IMG/VR virus record: IMGVR_UViG_3300020042_013168
Span: 1-29,184 of that record
DNA from: a virus
Taxonomy: Duplodnaviria; Caudoviricetes
Strand: one strand, 5' to 3'
DNA: 29,184 bases
Shown in pieces: positions 7,923 through 15,571 of the stretch (its first letter is position 1; every line of letters starts with the position of its first letter). The notes beneath the pieces were generated by a model. It saw only the letters and a list, made by a program, of their open reading frames with translations, searched no databases and was not told the DNA's origin. Both the position numbers and the translations under genes were made by a program.

Positions 7923-8516
7923 TTATTTATTATTGATTATTGATTCTTGCATATTAGTTCCTCCACCATCTAGTTTATCTGTGAATCCTGTAAGTTTGTT
8001 AAATGCAGGATGTGACTTGATTGGTTCTTTCTTGGTATCTTTCATTTGATCCCAGGTACTTGGTTTAATTTTCATATGATTTTTAACTAAATACTTAATC
8101 TCCTCAACATCAGTTCCATCAAATGTCTCAATCCAACTCTTAAATTGATCAATATACTTTGTTGATTCCTCTTCGTGACCGTAAGCTGTTGGTTGATTTG
8201 TTTTTGGATTAATTGCATATGTATCCATTTTACCTAAATCATGAAACAATGCTGCCATAATCATATTTGGGTCATTTGGATAATGGTGGTACGCTCTTTT
8301 TATAACAACAAGAATATGCTTTAACGTATTTCCTTCAGGATGCCATTGTGGATTCTGTTTTGCGTTCCATTGGTCAAATAGTAGTTTTTTTAGCTCTTGT
8401 GGTAGGCTCCTAATTAATTGTTCGGGTGTTGCATGGAGTTTCTCTTCACTTATTATTCTTGAATTATAAGTCAGTTTATTTTCTACCAAGAATTTTTTTA
8501 AATTAAAGTTATCCAT
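7923..8516 (-). CDS. HD-domain phosphohydrolase of the CCA-adding-enzyme type, with shared leader
   Basis: QNPQWHPEGNTLKH...AALFHDLGK...AYGHE...LVKNHM matches the WHPE..H / HDLGK / GH pattern of Cca HD domains. Confidence 0.82.
   Translation of the reverse strand: MDNFNLKKFLVENKLTYNSRIISEEKLHATPEQLIRSLPQELKKLLFDQWNAKQNPQWHPEGNTLKHILVVIKRAYHHYPNDPNMIMAALFHDLGKMDTYAINPKTNQPTAYGHEEESTKYIDQFKSWIETFDGTDVEEIKYLVKNHMKIKPSTWDQMKDTKKEPIKSHPAFNKLTGFTDKLDGGGTNMQESIINNK
8445..8516 (-). repeat. shared 24-codon N-terminal leader, copy 3
   Basis: Encodes MDNFNLKKFLVENKLTYNSRIISE. Confidence 0.95.
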
Positions 8517-8517
8517 C

Positions 8518-8634
8518 TTACAAATTTTTTAATGCTGCTTCGTTTTGTTTTAGTAACTTAGCTGTCTTTAACTGAGATTTTCTTCTTTTTGTGTGATCTG
8601 TTCTTTGTGGAGAACTGTGTTTACCTCTTGCCAT
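8518..8634 (-). CDS. 38-aa basic small protein
   Basis: Read by hand: MARGKHSSPQRTDHTKRRKSQLKTAKLLKQNEAALKNL*. Fills the gap, with its stop 1 nt before the next ATG. Confidence 0.7.
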   Translation of the reverse strand: MARGKHSSPQRTDHTKRRKSQLKTAKLLKQNEAALKNL

Positions 8635-8651
8635 TATACGTCTATTACTTG

Positions 8652-9209
8652 TTATTTATACATATCTCTTTTTACTCCAGATACCATTTCTCTACCTACA
8701 TAAATATTACCACTAACATTTGTTGGGTTCCATCCTTTTTCGATCTCAACGAAACCACTAAACTTTAGATTTCCTCCTACTGTTGGATTAAATTCTTTAG
8801 GTACAAAGGTTACATTGGTGAGGTATAAATTTCCTCCTACTGTTGGATTAAATCCCTTAGGTATTGACGGTACGTGACTAAGGTCTAAAGCACCTCCTAC
8901 TGTTGGATTAAACCCCTCCGGTAATGGTGTTTTTACATTGTTAGCATAAAAATAGCCCTTCACTGTTGGACTAAATCCTTCAGGGATTGATTTTAAATAC
9001 CTAAGATCTAAATTACCATCTACTTTTTTCAAATCTCTTAGAATAGGTAAAGGTTCGGTTAGATCTAACATTAAAATATTTCCTTTACTTCCATTTTCAA
9101 TATACTGCTTGATTTCTCTTGTAAGTACTATTGCATGGTTCTTTTTACGTTCTTTAATACGTCTTGGAATTAGTATTTCATTTTCGAGAAGGTCTAGTAG
9201 CTTAATCAT
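8652..9209 (-). CDS. LRR-like solenoid repeat protein
   Basis: About five 20-21-aa repeats of (I/L)PxGFNPTVGGxLxL; leader MIKLLDLLENE. Confidence 0.75.
   Translation of the reverse strand: MIKLLDLLENEILIPRRIKERKKNHAIVLTREIKQYIENGSKGNILMLDLTEPLPILRDLKKVDGNLDLRYLKSIPEGFSPTVKGYFYANNVKTPLPEGFNPTVGGALDLSHVPSIPKGFNPTVGGNLYLTNVTFVPKEFNPTVGGNLKFSGFVEIEKGWNPTNVSGNIYVGREMVSGVKRDMYK
8715..9010 (-). repeat. 60-bp-period coding tandem repeat
   Basis: cctcctactgttggattaaa at 8773, 8833 and 8893, with degenerate flanking copies. Confidence 0.9.
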
Positions 9210-9952
9210 TATGAAATTCCTATAATATTTGTAAATGTTTGAATATCTGCTTTTTTTATTTGTTTATCAAGTCCATCATATCCATCTATCTTGCCATTAG
9301 GTAAAACCGCTAAAGCAACCACTACCATACTTTGCCATGTTTTTGGAAAAGCTTGCTTGAGTTGTTCGATCATTCTTTCGGACTTTACCTTAATATAGTA
9401 AAATGTTACTTTACGTGCATAGTAATAGTCATTAAAGTTATTCGGTGCTTTGTAGGTTGTACACCAAGCTGAATCCTTGCCTCCTTCACAGTCTCTGAAT
9501 GCAAAGTGGGATAGTCCTAGTTTCCTTGACGCTTCGTGAGTGTGCGGAGACGCTATTAATAAATCGGAGCTATCAATTACCACGTCGTAATCCGATTCCA
9601 AATCTCTTACAGATACTCCTTCTCCTGACTGATTTATGTCATCTACTTCTGATTGAAGTTCTTTAAATGTTTTAAATTGGTAGATATCTTTTATCTTAGC
9701 TTTTCCTTTTTCTAAGAAAGTGTTGTATTTCTCGACTGTATTTACTAAATCATCCAAGTCAGGATGTTCAGTAATCCAAATCTTAGCCATCCATCCTACA
9801 AATTTTCTAGTTGGAGTTGGATCTATTTCAATTAATGTTTTTAAATCATCGTTAGATAATTTACCACTTTGTACATACTGCTTCGCTTGCTTTACATTCT
9901 CTAGTATGTACTCCCTATTTTTTTTTAGTAGTGGTATATTACTTACTTTCAT
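9209..9952 (-). CDS. hypothetical protein with WCT...F..Y motif (possibly PcfJ-like)
   Basis: DPTPTRKFVGW and SAWCTTYKAPNNFNDYY motifs; TAATG-coupled on both sides. Family assignment is tentative. Confidence 0.55.
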   Translation of the reverse strand: MKVSNIPLLKKNREYILENVKQAKQYVQSGKLSNDDLKTLIEIDPTPTRKFVGWMAKIWITEHPDLDDLVNTVEKYNTFLEKGKAKIKDIYQFKTFKELQSEVDDINQSGEGVSVRDLESDYDVVIDSSDLLIASPHTHEASRKLGLSHFAFRDCEGGKDSAWCTTYKAPNNFNDYYYARKVTFYYIKVKSERMIEQLKQAFPKTWQSMVVVALAVLPNGKIDGYDGLDKQIKKADIQTFTNIIGIS

Positions 9953-10389
9953 TATACATCTATTATTTTAACATTTCCGTTAGCGTCTTGCATTACGTTA
10001 TCCATTCTAATTGAACCTCCAGGTCCTTCTAGATCTGGTGAGATGCCTAACTCGTCTGCTTCATCGTAAATATCGTCAATTGGAACTCTGTCAGGATCTG
10101 CTGTGTAAGGTTGTAAATTTTGCATTGTAATTATTCCTAACAATTCGTTTACAATCTCTACTTCGTATATGTAGGCAAAGTACTTTGTTGTAAGTCCTTT
10201 TATTTTCTGTGCATCCTCTAACTCCTGTGAGTCAGTAGTTACTTTTACCACTCTGTCTCCTATCAAATAAGCTGCTCCATAGTCACCCGATCCTAAGAAC
10301 TTACCTCCTTGTTGTTTTATTTTATCAACTAGGTTGTAGTAGTCTTCTGAAGGTTGAACAATTTCTTTTAATATAGACAGTATTTTCAT
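9952..10389 (-). CDS. minimal protein-kinase-fold enzyme
   Basis: Gly loop FLGSGDYGAAY, VVKVT Lys, helix-C Glu (QELE), catalytic loop DL...DNVM, terminal KIIDV (DFG position). Confidence 0.75.
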   Translation of the reverse strand: MKILSILKEIVQPSEDYYNLVDKIKQQGGKFLGSGDYGAAYLIGDRVVKVTTDSQELEDAQKIKGLTTKYFAYIYEVEIVNELLGIITMQNLQPYTADPDRVPIDDIYDEADELGISPDLEGPGGSIRMDNVMQDANGNVKIIDV

Positions 10390-10919
10390 TAGTCTAGCTT
10401 ACCTGCTCCTTTTACTGTTTTTTCCATTTTCTCTTGATCTTGCTTAGATTGTACTAAGGCAAACTTACTAAAATCTTTTCCACTATTGTACTGCTTGAAG
10501 TTGCCTTCTTCTTTAGCACTTTTGATTTTGCTTATTGCTTCTTTAGCTGTTGTTTGCTGACCTGCATGTGAGTCAAATGTTCCAGACATGGTTACTGTTG
10601 GAATAGTTACTTCAAAGTTTGGATCTAGTTGTTTTAGTTTGTCTATTAGTTGTTGTTTAGTTAAAATAGCACCTTTGTCTTCATTCATTTGGCCACTATC
10701 ACCCATTTCTAATTCACTATGTAGTACTTTCATAAATGGATCAAAGTTGTGTTTACCATAAAAATCAACTAATACAGTTGCAACTGCTTTAGCAAATTCA
10801 CTATACGAGGTATTGTCTGGTACCATTGAGCTTATGTCTCCTGCTAGTTTGTTTTCTTTTATTAGCTTAGTTTTGCCAATTTGTTCTTTTACTAATTTAA
10901 TTAGTGTTGATTTTTTCAT
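10389..10919 (-). CDS. hypothetical protein with MKKSTLIKLVKE leader
   Basis: ORF with coupled start and stop; no recognised domain. Confidence 0.7.
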   Translation of the reverse strand: MKKSTLIKLVKEQIGKTKLIKENKLAGDISSMVPDNTSYSEFAKAVATVLVDFYGKHNFDPFMKVLHSELEMGDSGQMNEDKGAILTKQQLIDKLKQLDPNFEVTIPTVTMSGTFDSHAGQQTTAKEAISKIKSAKEEGNFKQYNSGKDFSKFALVQSKQDQEKMEKTVKGAGKLD

Positions 10920-11002
10920 TGTATGTCTTTATCTCGTTTATATTCTATTATGAAAAGTATTATGCTAAATACTACTATTCCAACCATTAAAACTTGTCCC
11001 AC
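10916..11002 (-). CDS. 28-aa single-pass membrane peptide
   Basis: Read by hand: GTG directly after the cupin TAA gives MGQVLMVGIVVFSIILFIIEYKRDKDIQ*; its TGA overlaps the next ATG (ATGA). Confidence 0.65.
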   Translation of the reverse strand: MGQVLMVGIVVFSIILFIIEYKRDKDIQ

Positions 11003-11281
11003 TTAGTATTCGAGTATTCTCACGTTTAAGTTACCGCTTCCTTTAATTAATCTGTGATACGTTTCTTTTGGTATAAATATGGTATCTTTTAGTTGTTGTG
11101 GGATACAGTCATCAAACTGAAATTGCCAGTCTGTTGGTTCTAGTACCTCTACTTGTCTGTCGTTTTTATCTCTGTGCCAAACTAATTCACTCTCATCTAC
11201 ATCGTCGGCAAACTTTCTATAAATGTAATCAAATGCTCTTACTTCTTGGTAGGGGCTATCGTTTAAAGTATTTGTTTTCAA
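11003..11281 (-). CDS. small cupin-fold protein
   Basis: ELVWHRD...VEVL (motif 1) and IFIPKETYHRLIKG (motif 2). Confidence 0.7.
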   Translation of the reverse strand: MKTNTLNDSPYQEVRAFDYIYRKFADDVDESELVWHRDKNDRQVEVLEPTDWQFQFDDCIPQQLKDTIFIPKETYHRLIKGSGNLNVRILEY

Positions 11282-11816
11282 AATATAGTACTTCGAAATT
11301 GTTTGAAACGTTAATTAATTGGGCTGCGTTTAATAAGTCAGAATATTCTGCTACTGACTGTCTTTGTCCTATTCTCAATTCTTGTAAGAAATCAAATGTA
11401 GCTAAACAGATTGGGAATACTTGAGTTGAGTTTACATTATATGCTGCAAATAGATCATACTCTAATTCATATGCTTTATTTACAATGTCAATTAAACTTG
11501 TAAAAGATGGTATCATTTTTACTGGTGGAATGAATGGTAGTACGTTCCAATCTACTAAGTACTTTTGTACTAAGTCTGCATGCTCTAATTCATTTGCAGC
11601 TTCTGCTTCAAAAAATGTTGCTGCTTTAAAGTATGCTTTTTCTCTACACCAGTTAGCTGCATTCTTATAAAAGTAGTGTGCTTTGTATTCATCACCAATT
11701 CTATCGGTAAGCAAGCCTACTATTTCAGGTAGTAGTTGATGTGGAGTTATAATCTCGGTTTGTTGTGCTATTTGCATTCCGTTTATTTCACCTAATTGTG
11801 TTTGTAATTTTTCCAT
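11256..11816 (-). CDS. ferritin-like protein (non-haem ferritin type)
   Basis: E..AH..Y...A.W, AATFF..A.NELEHA, AYELE, FDFLQ...Q match the FtnA-type four-helix ferroxidase pattern. Confidence 0.85.
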   Translation of the reverse strand: MEKLQTQLGEINGMQIAQQTEIITPHQLLPEIVGLLTDRIGDEYKAHYFYKNAANWCREKAYFKAATFFEAEAANELEHADLVQKYLVDWNVLPFIPPVKMIPSFTSLIDIVNKAYELEYDLFAAYNVNSTQVFPICLATFDFLQELRIGQRQSVAEYSDLLNAAQLINVSNNFEVLYFENKYFKR

Positions 11817-11825
11817 TTGTTTTTA

Positions 11826-11833
11826 TATAAATA
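11826..11833 (-). promoter_or_regulatory. TATTTATA motif, putative late promoter
   Basis: Lies in the 17-nt gap upstream of the ferritin ATG. Confidence 0.5.
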
Positions 11834-12535
11834 TTACCAATACCCGCTAAAGTTTTTACTTCCTCCTAGGGACTTCCAGTACCTTCCTATGTTGCATCCC
11901 CAATAGTTTGCAGATAGCTTGTTTTTTTCTTTATCGCATTTATGACGAGCAGCAAACGAACGTCTAGCTTTTGGATTATTTACTTTGGTTGATAATCCTG
12001 TTGTGTCTCCAAAACTAACTTTCTTTATGTTTTTAGTTTTTGGATCTTTTACGTAAACAAAAAACTTCTTAGAACCACCTCTTTTAGGTTTACCTAATTC
12101 TACATCTTTTCCTTGATACTCAGCCTCTTGTAATTTTTTCCAAGCATTAAGTGCTTCTAGATCGTATACTTGTTTTTGGTTGTCGTATCCACAGTTGTGA
12201 CATAGGGCTGGGTGATTGTCTTGGGGCTCGGGAGTCCAGTCATGTTTGCACTTTTTGCAAACTATCTCATGTTGTCCCTCATCAACCATTGGAAGATCTA
12301 AAGGTACTTTCTCTCCTTCATACATTCCGTATTCTCCAATATCAGTTGTTTCTAACAACTCAACATCTTGTTCGTTTAATTGTATTTTACCGTCTCTTAA
12401 GGCCTGTCTAGCCTCAGCGAATAGTTGGACAAAACTCTTTGAAGAGTATCGGTAGATACACTCAGACAAAGTGAGTTTGTTATCTAAGTGGTACTGTAGT
12501 GTTGGTAAACCAACTATCTCTTGTAGTTTTATCAT
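11834..12535 (-). CDS. modular hypothetical protein: acidic N-domain, zinc ribbon, basic DUF5754-like C-domain
   Basis: CKKC...CHNC; KKFFVYV...KKVSFGD...RRSFAARHKC...SANYW. Confidence 0.65.
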   Translation of the reverse strand: MIKLQEIVGLPTLQYHLDNKLTLSECIYRYSSKSFVQLFAEARQALRDGKIQLNEQDVELLETTDIGEYGMYEGEKVPLDLPMVDEGQHEIVCKKCKHDWTPEPQDNHPALCHNCGYDNQKQVYDLEALNAWKKLQEAEYQGKDVELGKPKRGGSKKFFVYVKDPKTKNIKKVSFGDTTGLSTKVNNPKARRSFAARHKCDKEKNKLSANYWGCNIGRYWKSLGGSKNFSGYW

Positions 12536-12969
12536 GCAAAGTCTTTTTTAAAATACCTTCCCTCTATATTATCGTTAATATAGTTGGTATGTGGTTCAAT
12601 CACTTCGTTAATAAATAGATACTTATTCTCGTAGTAGGTAAGTAGCTTTTTACTAGGTACAAAGGTAAGAATTTCTCTTGTGAATTCCGACTGCTTTCCT
12701 TCTTTTATTAGTTGTTTTATTTCTGGGTTGGATCCATGGTATGTTTTCCAATCTCCTTCTTTCTTAACTATCTTATATGTTTTAGCTCTTTTGTCTGTTA
12801 GCAATGCTAATTCCTTTTTGCCTAATGCTTTTTTTGTGACAGAAATAAGTTGCTTTTTACCTAAGTATTTTCTACCGGTTGGTACGTGTGTTACTTCATA
12901 GATAAACCCGAAGCTGTCTTCGGGCATATCTGTAAGTTCGTTTATTTCTCTATTTTGATATAACCACAT
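12532..12969 (-). CDS. GIY-YIG-like nuclease (T4-like conserved protein)
   Basis: FGFIYEVT...TGRKYLGKK, W.TYHGS, FTREIL, YYE, YINDNI. Confidence 0.72.
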   Translation of the reverse strand: MWLYQNREINELTDMPEDSFGFIYEVTHVPTGRKYLGKKQLISVTKKALGKKELALLTDKRAKTYKIVKKEGDWKTYHGSNPEIKQLIKEGKQSEFTREILTFVPSKKLLTYYENKYLFINEVIEPHTNYINDNIEGRYFKKDFA

Positions 12970-12981
12970 TTAGCTTATGTT

Positions 12982-14625
12982 TTAGTATAGTGGATTCCAA
13001 GCTGATCCATCCCAGAAGTATGGTTTAACTGTTGAGCCTGATCCTGATACTATAAATGATCCTGATGCTATGCCTGTTGGTGTTGTGGTTCTTGGTTGTA
13101 GTGTTAGTATGTCTTTAATTAGTAACGAACCTGTTACTTGAAAGGTTGATCCTGATGCAAATACTAAGTTACTTCTTGATCCGTCTGAGGTTCCATTTCC
13201 TATTATAAAAACTGAGTCTGCTAATGAGGATATGTTATACTGTCCTTGTACATGTTGGTAATTGGCTGACGCTGTTGTACTTAATCCCTCTGCATGGGAG
13301 TATTGACCTAGTGCTAGTGTTAGGTGTCCTTCTGCGTGTGAAAATGAACCTGATGCTGTTGTACTTCCTTCAGCGTGAGCTGCTTGTCCTGATGTTAAAG
13401 TACTTTGGCCTTCTGCGTGAGAATATGTGCCTAGTGCTTGAGTTAATCTACCTTCGGCATGTGAGTATGATCCTGATGATATTGCGTTCCATCCCTCTGC
13501 ATGAGAGTAGTCTCCTGAGGCTGTTGTAAGTCTGCCTTCAGCATGTGATTCTGCTCCTATTGTTAAGGTAAACAATCCTTCTGCATGTGATCGAACTCCT
13601 GTTGCTCTTGTACTGTTTCCTTCTGCGTGAGAATGTGCTCCTGATGCAGTTGCATAGTAACCTTCAGCATGTGCTCCAGTAGCTGTTATAGTTGTTGTTG
13701 TACCTTCTCCTTCTGTATGTGATGCTTGACCACTTGCTACTGTTACCGTACCTTCTGCATGGGCAAATACGTTTGTCGTTATAGTGGCTTCTCCTTCTGT
13801 ATGTGATGCATCACCTCTTGCTGAGGTTCCTGATCCTTCTGCATGTGAGCCATCACCGATAGCAATTGAGCTTTCACCTTCTGCGTGGGAATATGATCCT
13901 GATGATATTGTTGCGTATCCTTCTGCATGAGAGTAGGTTGCTTTTGCAGTAGTGTTATACCCCTCGGCATGTGAGTAGGATCCAGATGCTAAGGTTAAGT
14001 ATCCTTCTGCGTGTGATGAGTTACCTTGTGCTATAGCACTTGCTCCCTCTGCGTGAGAATTGCTGCCTAATGCATTTGTTCCAGATCCTTCGGCATGTGA
14101 GTAGCTACCTACTGCTTGTGCTGTGTTTCCTTCAGCATGTGAATAAGAGCCTGTAGCTGTGGTTTGGTTTCCTTCTGCATGTGAGTATATTCCAGAAGCT
14201 GATGTAAAGTATCCTTCTGAGTGTGCTCCAGTACCTCCTGCATGTGTTGTAAATCCTTCTGCATGTGCGTTTATACCTACACCAGTTATTGATATTCCAT
14301 TAACAAGGCTTCCAGTTATTGCTACACTTCCCGAGATTCTTGTATTTCCTGCTACCGTAGTGTTTCCTATTACTCCAAATGATCCTGTTACACTAACGTC
14401 ACTTACTCTTCTTATGTTTGCTCCTACATCCGTCCATTGAAGTAATGATGAAGTTAGTGGAATTACTGTTGTGCTTGGTGATTGACCAATTGTTGCACTT
14501 CCTGTTGTAAACAACACTAAGTTACTTCCCGATAGTGATGCCGAGTAGAAAAATGATGAGAAGTTGACGTCTGCTTGAGTGTGGGTGAGGGCTGACCCTG
14601 TTACTGTTCTTAATGTAATTGCCAT
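12982..14625 (-). CDS. tail fibre / adhesin with YadA-head-like repeats
   Basis: N-terminal LR..TGS.LT....D.NF fibre attachment motif; 24 H(A/S/T)EG repeats of mostly 14 aa; C-terminal FIIGNGT...RSN. Confidence 0.82.
   Translation of the reverse strand: MAITLRTVTGSALTHTQADVNFSSFFYSASLSGSNLVLFTTGSATIGQSPSTTVIPLTSSLLQWTDVGANIRRVSDVSVTGSFGVIGNTTVAGNTRISGSVAITGSLVNGISITGVGINAHAEGFTTHAGGTGAHSEGYFTSASGIYSHAEGNQTTATGSYSHAEGNTAQAVGSYSHAEGSGTNALGSNSHAEGASAIAQGNSSHAEGYLTLASGSYSHAEGYNTTAKATYSHAEGYATISSGSYSHAEGESSIAIGDGSHAEGSGTSARGDASHTEGEATITTNVFAHAEGTVTVASGQASHTEGEGTTTTITATGAHAEGYYATASGAHSHAEGNSTRATGVRSHAEGLFTLTIGAESHAEGRLTTASGDYSHAEGWNAISSGSYSHAEGRLTQALGTYSHAEGQSTLTSGQAAHAEGSTTASGSFSHAEGHLTLALGQYSHAEGLSTTASANYQHVQGQYNISSLADSVFIIGNGTSDGSRSNLVFASGSTFQVTGSLLIKDILTLQPRTTTPTGIASGSFIVSGSGSTVKPYFWDGSAWNPLY
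13240..14275 (-). repeat. 42-bp-period coding repeat (SHAEG x24)
   Basis: Recurring ccttc(t/a/g)gc(a/g)tg(t/a)ga on the plus strand; units degenerate at synonymous and variable positions. Confidence 0.92.
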
Positions 14626-14626
14626 T

Positions 14627-15568
14627 TTATATGTCTATTTTTACTATTATTGTCATGTCTGTGTTAGCAGATTTTGGTACTGGTTGTGACATTTTTCCAA
14701 CTGCTATTAACTCGTTTGCATCGTTATATAGTCCAACCGATGTAATATATGGTTGAAAAGCACTTCCAGTTACATTGTCATTCAGGTATCCGTTTGATAC
14801 ACTACTTGATATATTATAAATATCACTGTTGTTATCGTATGTAGATTTAAGTGAACTTGATAACGCAGATGGATTGTATGTAAAGTTGTACTCAGACTCT
14901 CTTAACTTACAATGATAGTTGTGAGTAAATATAGGTTGGCTTGATTGCCAGCTAACTACAAGATTATCTATTGTTGCGCCTCTTCCTCCAACTAGATATG
15001 AATTCCAAGCATTGCTCAATACAGTTGCATAGCTACTATCTGTAATAATAATCATACCATGTGGATAAATAATATCTCCTACATACTGCTTTGGATTGCT
15101 TCCACTCACATATAGTCCTCCTTCTCCATCATCGTAAATCCTTAGTATATTTACTGTTGAAACTATACTTGGATCATTAAAGTACGATTCCGATACATAA
15201 GAAGCGCTTACATACCTAATTTGCTGTACATTATTTATTGTAAAATTTATGTCTACTCCTGGTTTTAGGTTGGTACCAGTTAGCTCTCTTGGTATTGATA
15301 CAACAAAAGAACCTGTTATAAGGTTTCTTGTGTTTGGATTGTTGAGTGTGGTTTGATCGTAGTAATCAAAGGAGTGTGTAACAATACTTCCTGATATTTT
15401 ACTAGGATAGTATAGTTGTTGTAGACTGCGTAGGTAGTTGTTATCGAGTGTAGGTATTACTTGTATTCCATATGCACCAAATGAACTACCTGATACTGTC
15501 CACGATTTGTGAGCAGTATAGGTAGTTATATAGGCATCTTGTTTGTTTAACTTTTTGTAAGCACTCAT
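14627..15568 (-). CDS. baseplate/tail-fibre attachment structural protein
   Basis: C-terminal EYNFTYNPS...YITSVGLYNDANELIAVGKMSQP (DUF3751/tail-collar-like); paralog of the neighbouring gene. Confidence 0.65.
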   Translation of the reverse strand: MSAYKKLNKQDAYITTYTAHKSWTVSGSSFGAYGIQVIPTLDNNYLRSLQQLYYPSKISGSIVTHSFDYYDQTTLNNPNTRNLITGSFVVSIPRELTGTNLKPGVDINFTINNVQQIRYVSASYVSESYFNDPSIVSTVNILRIYDDGEGGLYVSGSNPKQYVGDIIYPHGMIIITDSSYATVLSNAWNSYLVGGRGATIDNLVVSWQSSQPIFTHNYHCKLRESEYNFTYNPSALSSSLKSTYDNNSDIYNISSSVSNGYLNDNVTGSAFQPYITSVGLYNDANELIAVGKMSQPVPKSANTDMTIIVKIDI

Positions 15569-15571
15569 TCA

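Noticed and set aside
8773-8912. 20-bp repeats with 40-bp spacers resembling a CRISPR array
   Set aside because: The period is exactly 20 codons, the spacers resemble each other and encode the protein repeat, and there is no cas operon.
6051-12618. Intragenic TATTTAT matches (6051, 11072, 12611)
   Set aside because: Expected by chance in AT-rich coding DNA; cannot be supported without TSS data.
13779-13970. Alternative-frame 63-aa ORF with MQK repeats
   Set aside because: By-product of the HAEG codon repeat inside the fibre gene.
12982-14625. Diversity-generating retroelement target
   Set aside because: No reverse transcriptase and no template/variable repeat pair with adenine-specific differences seen.
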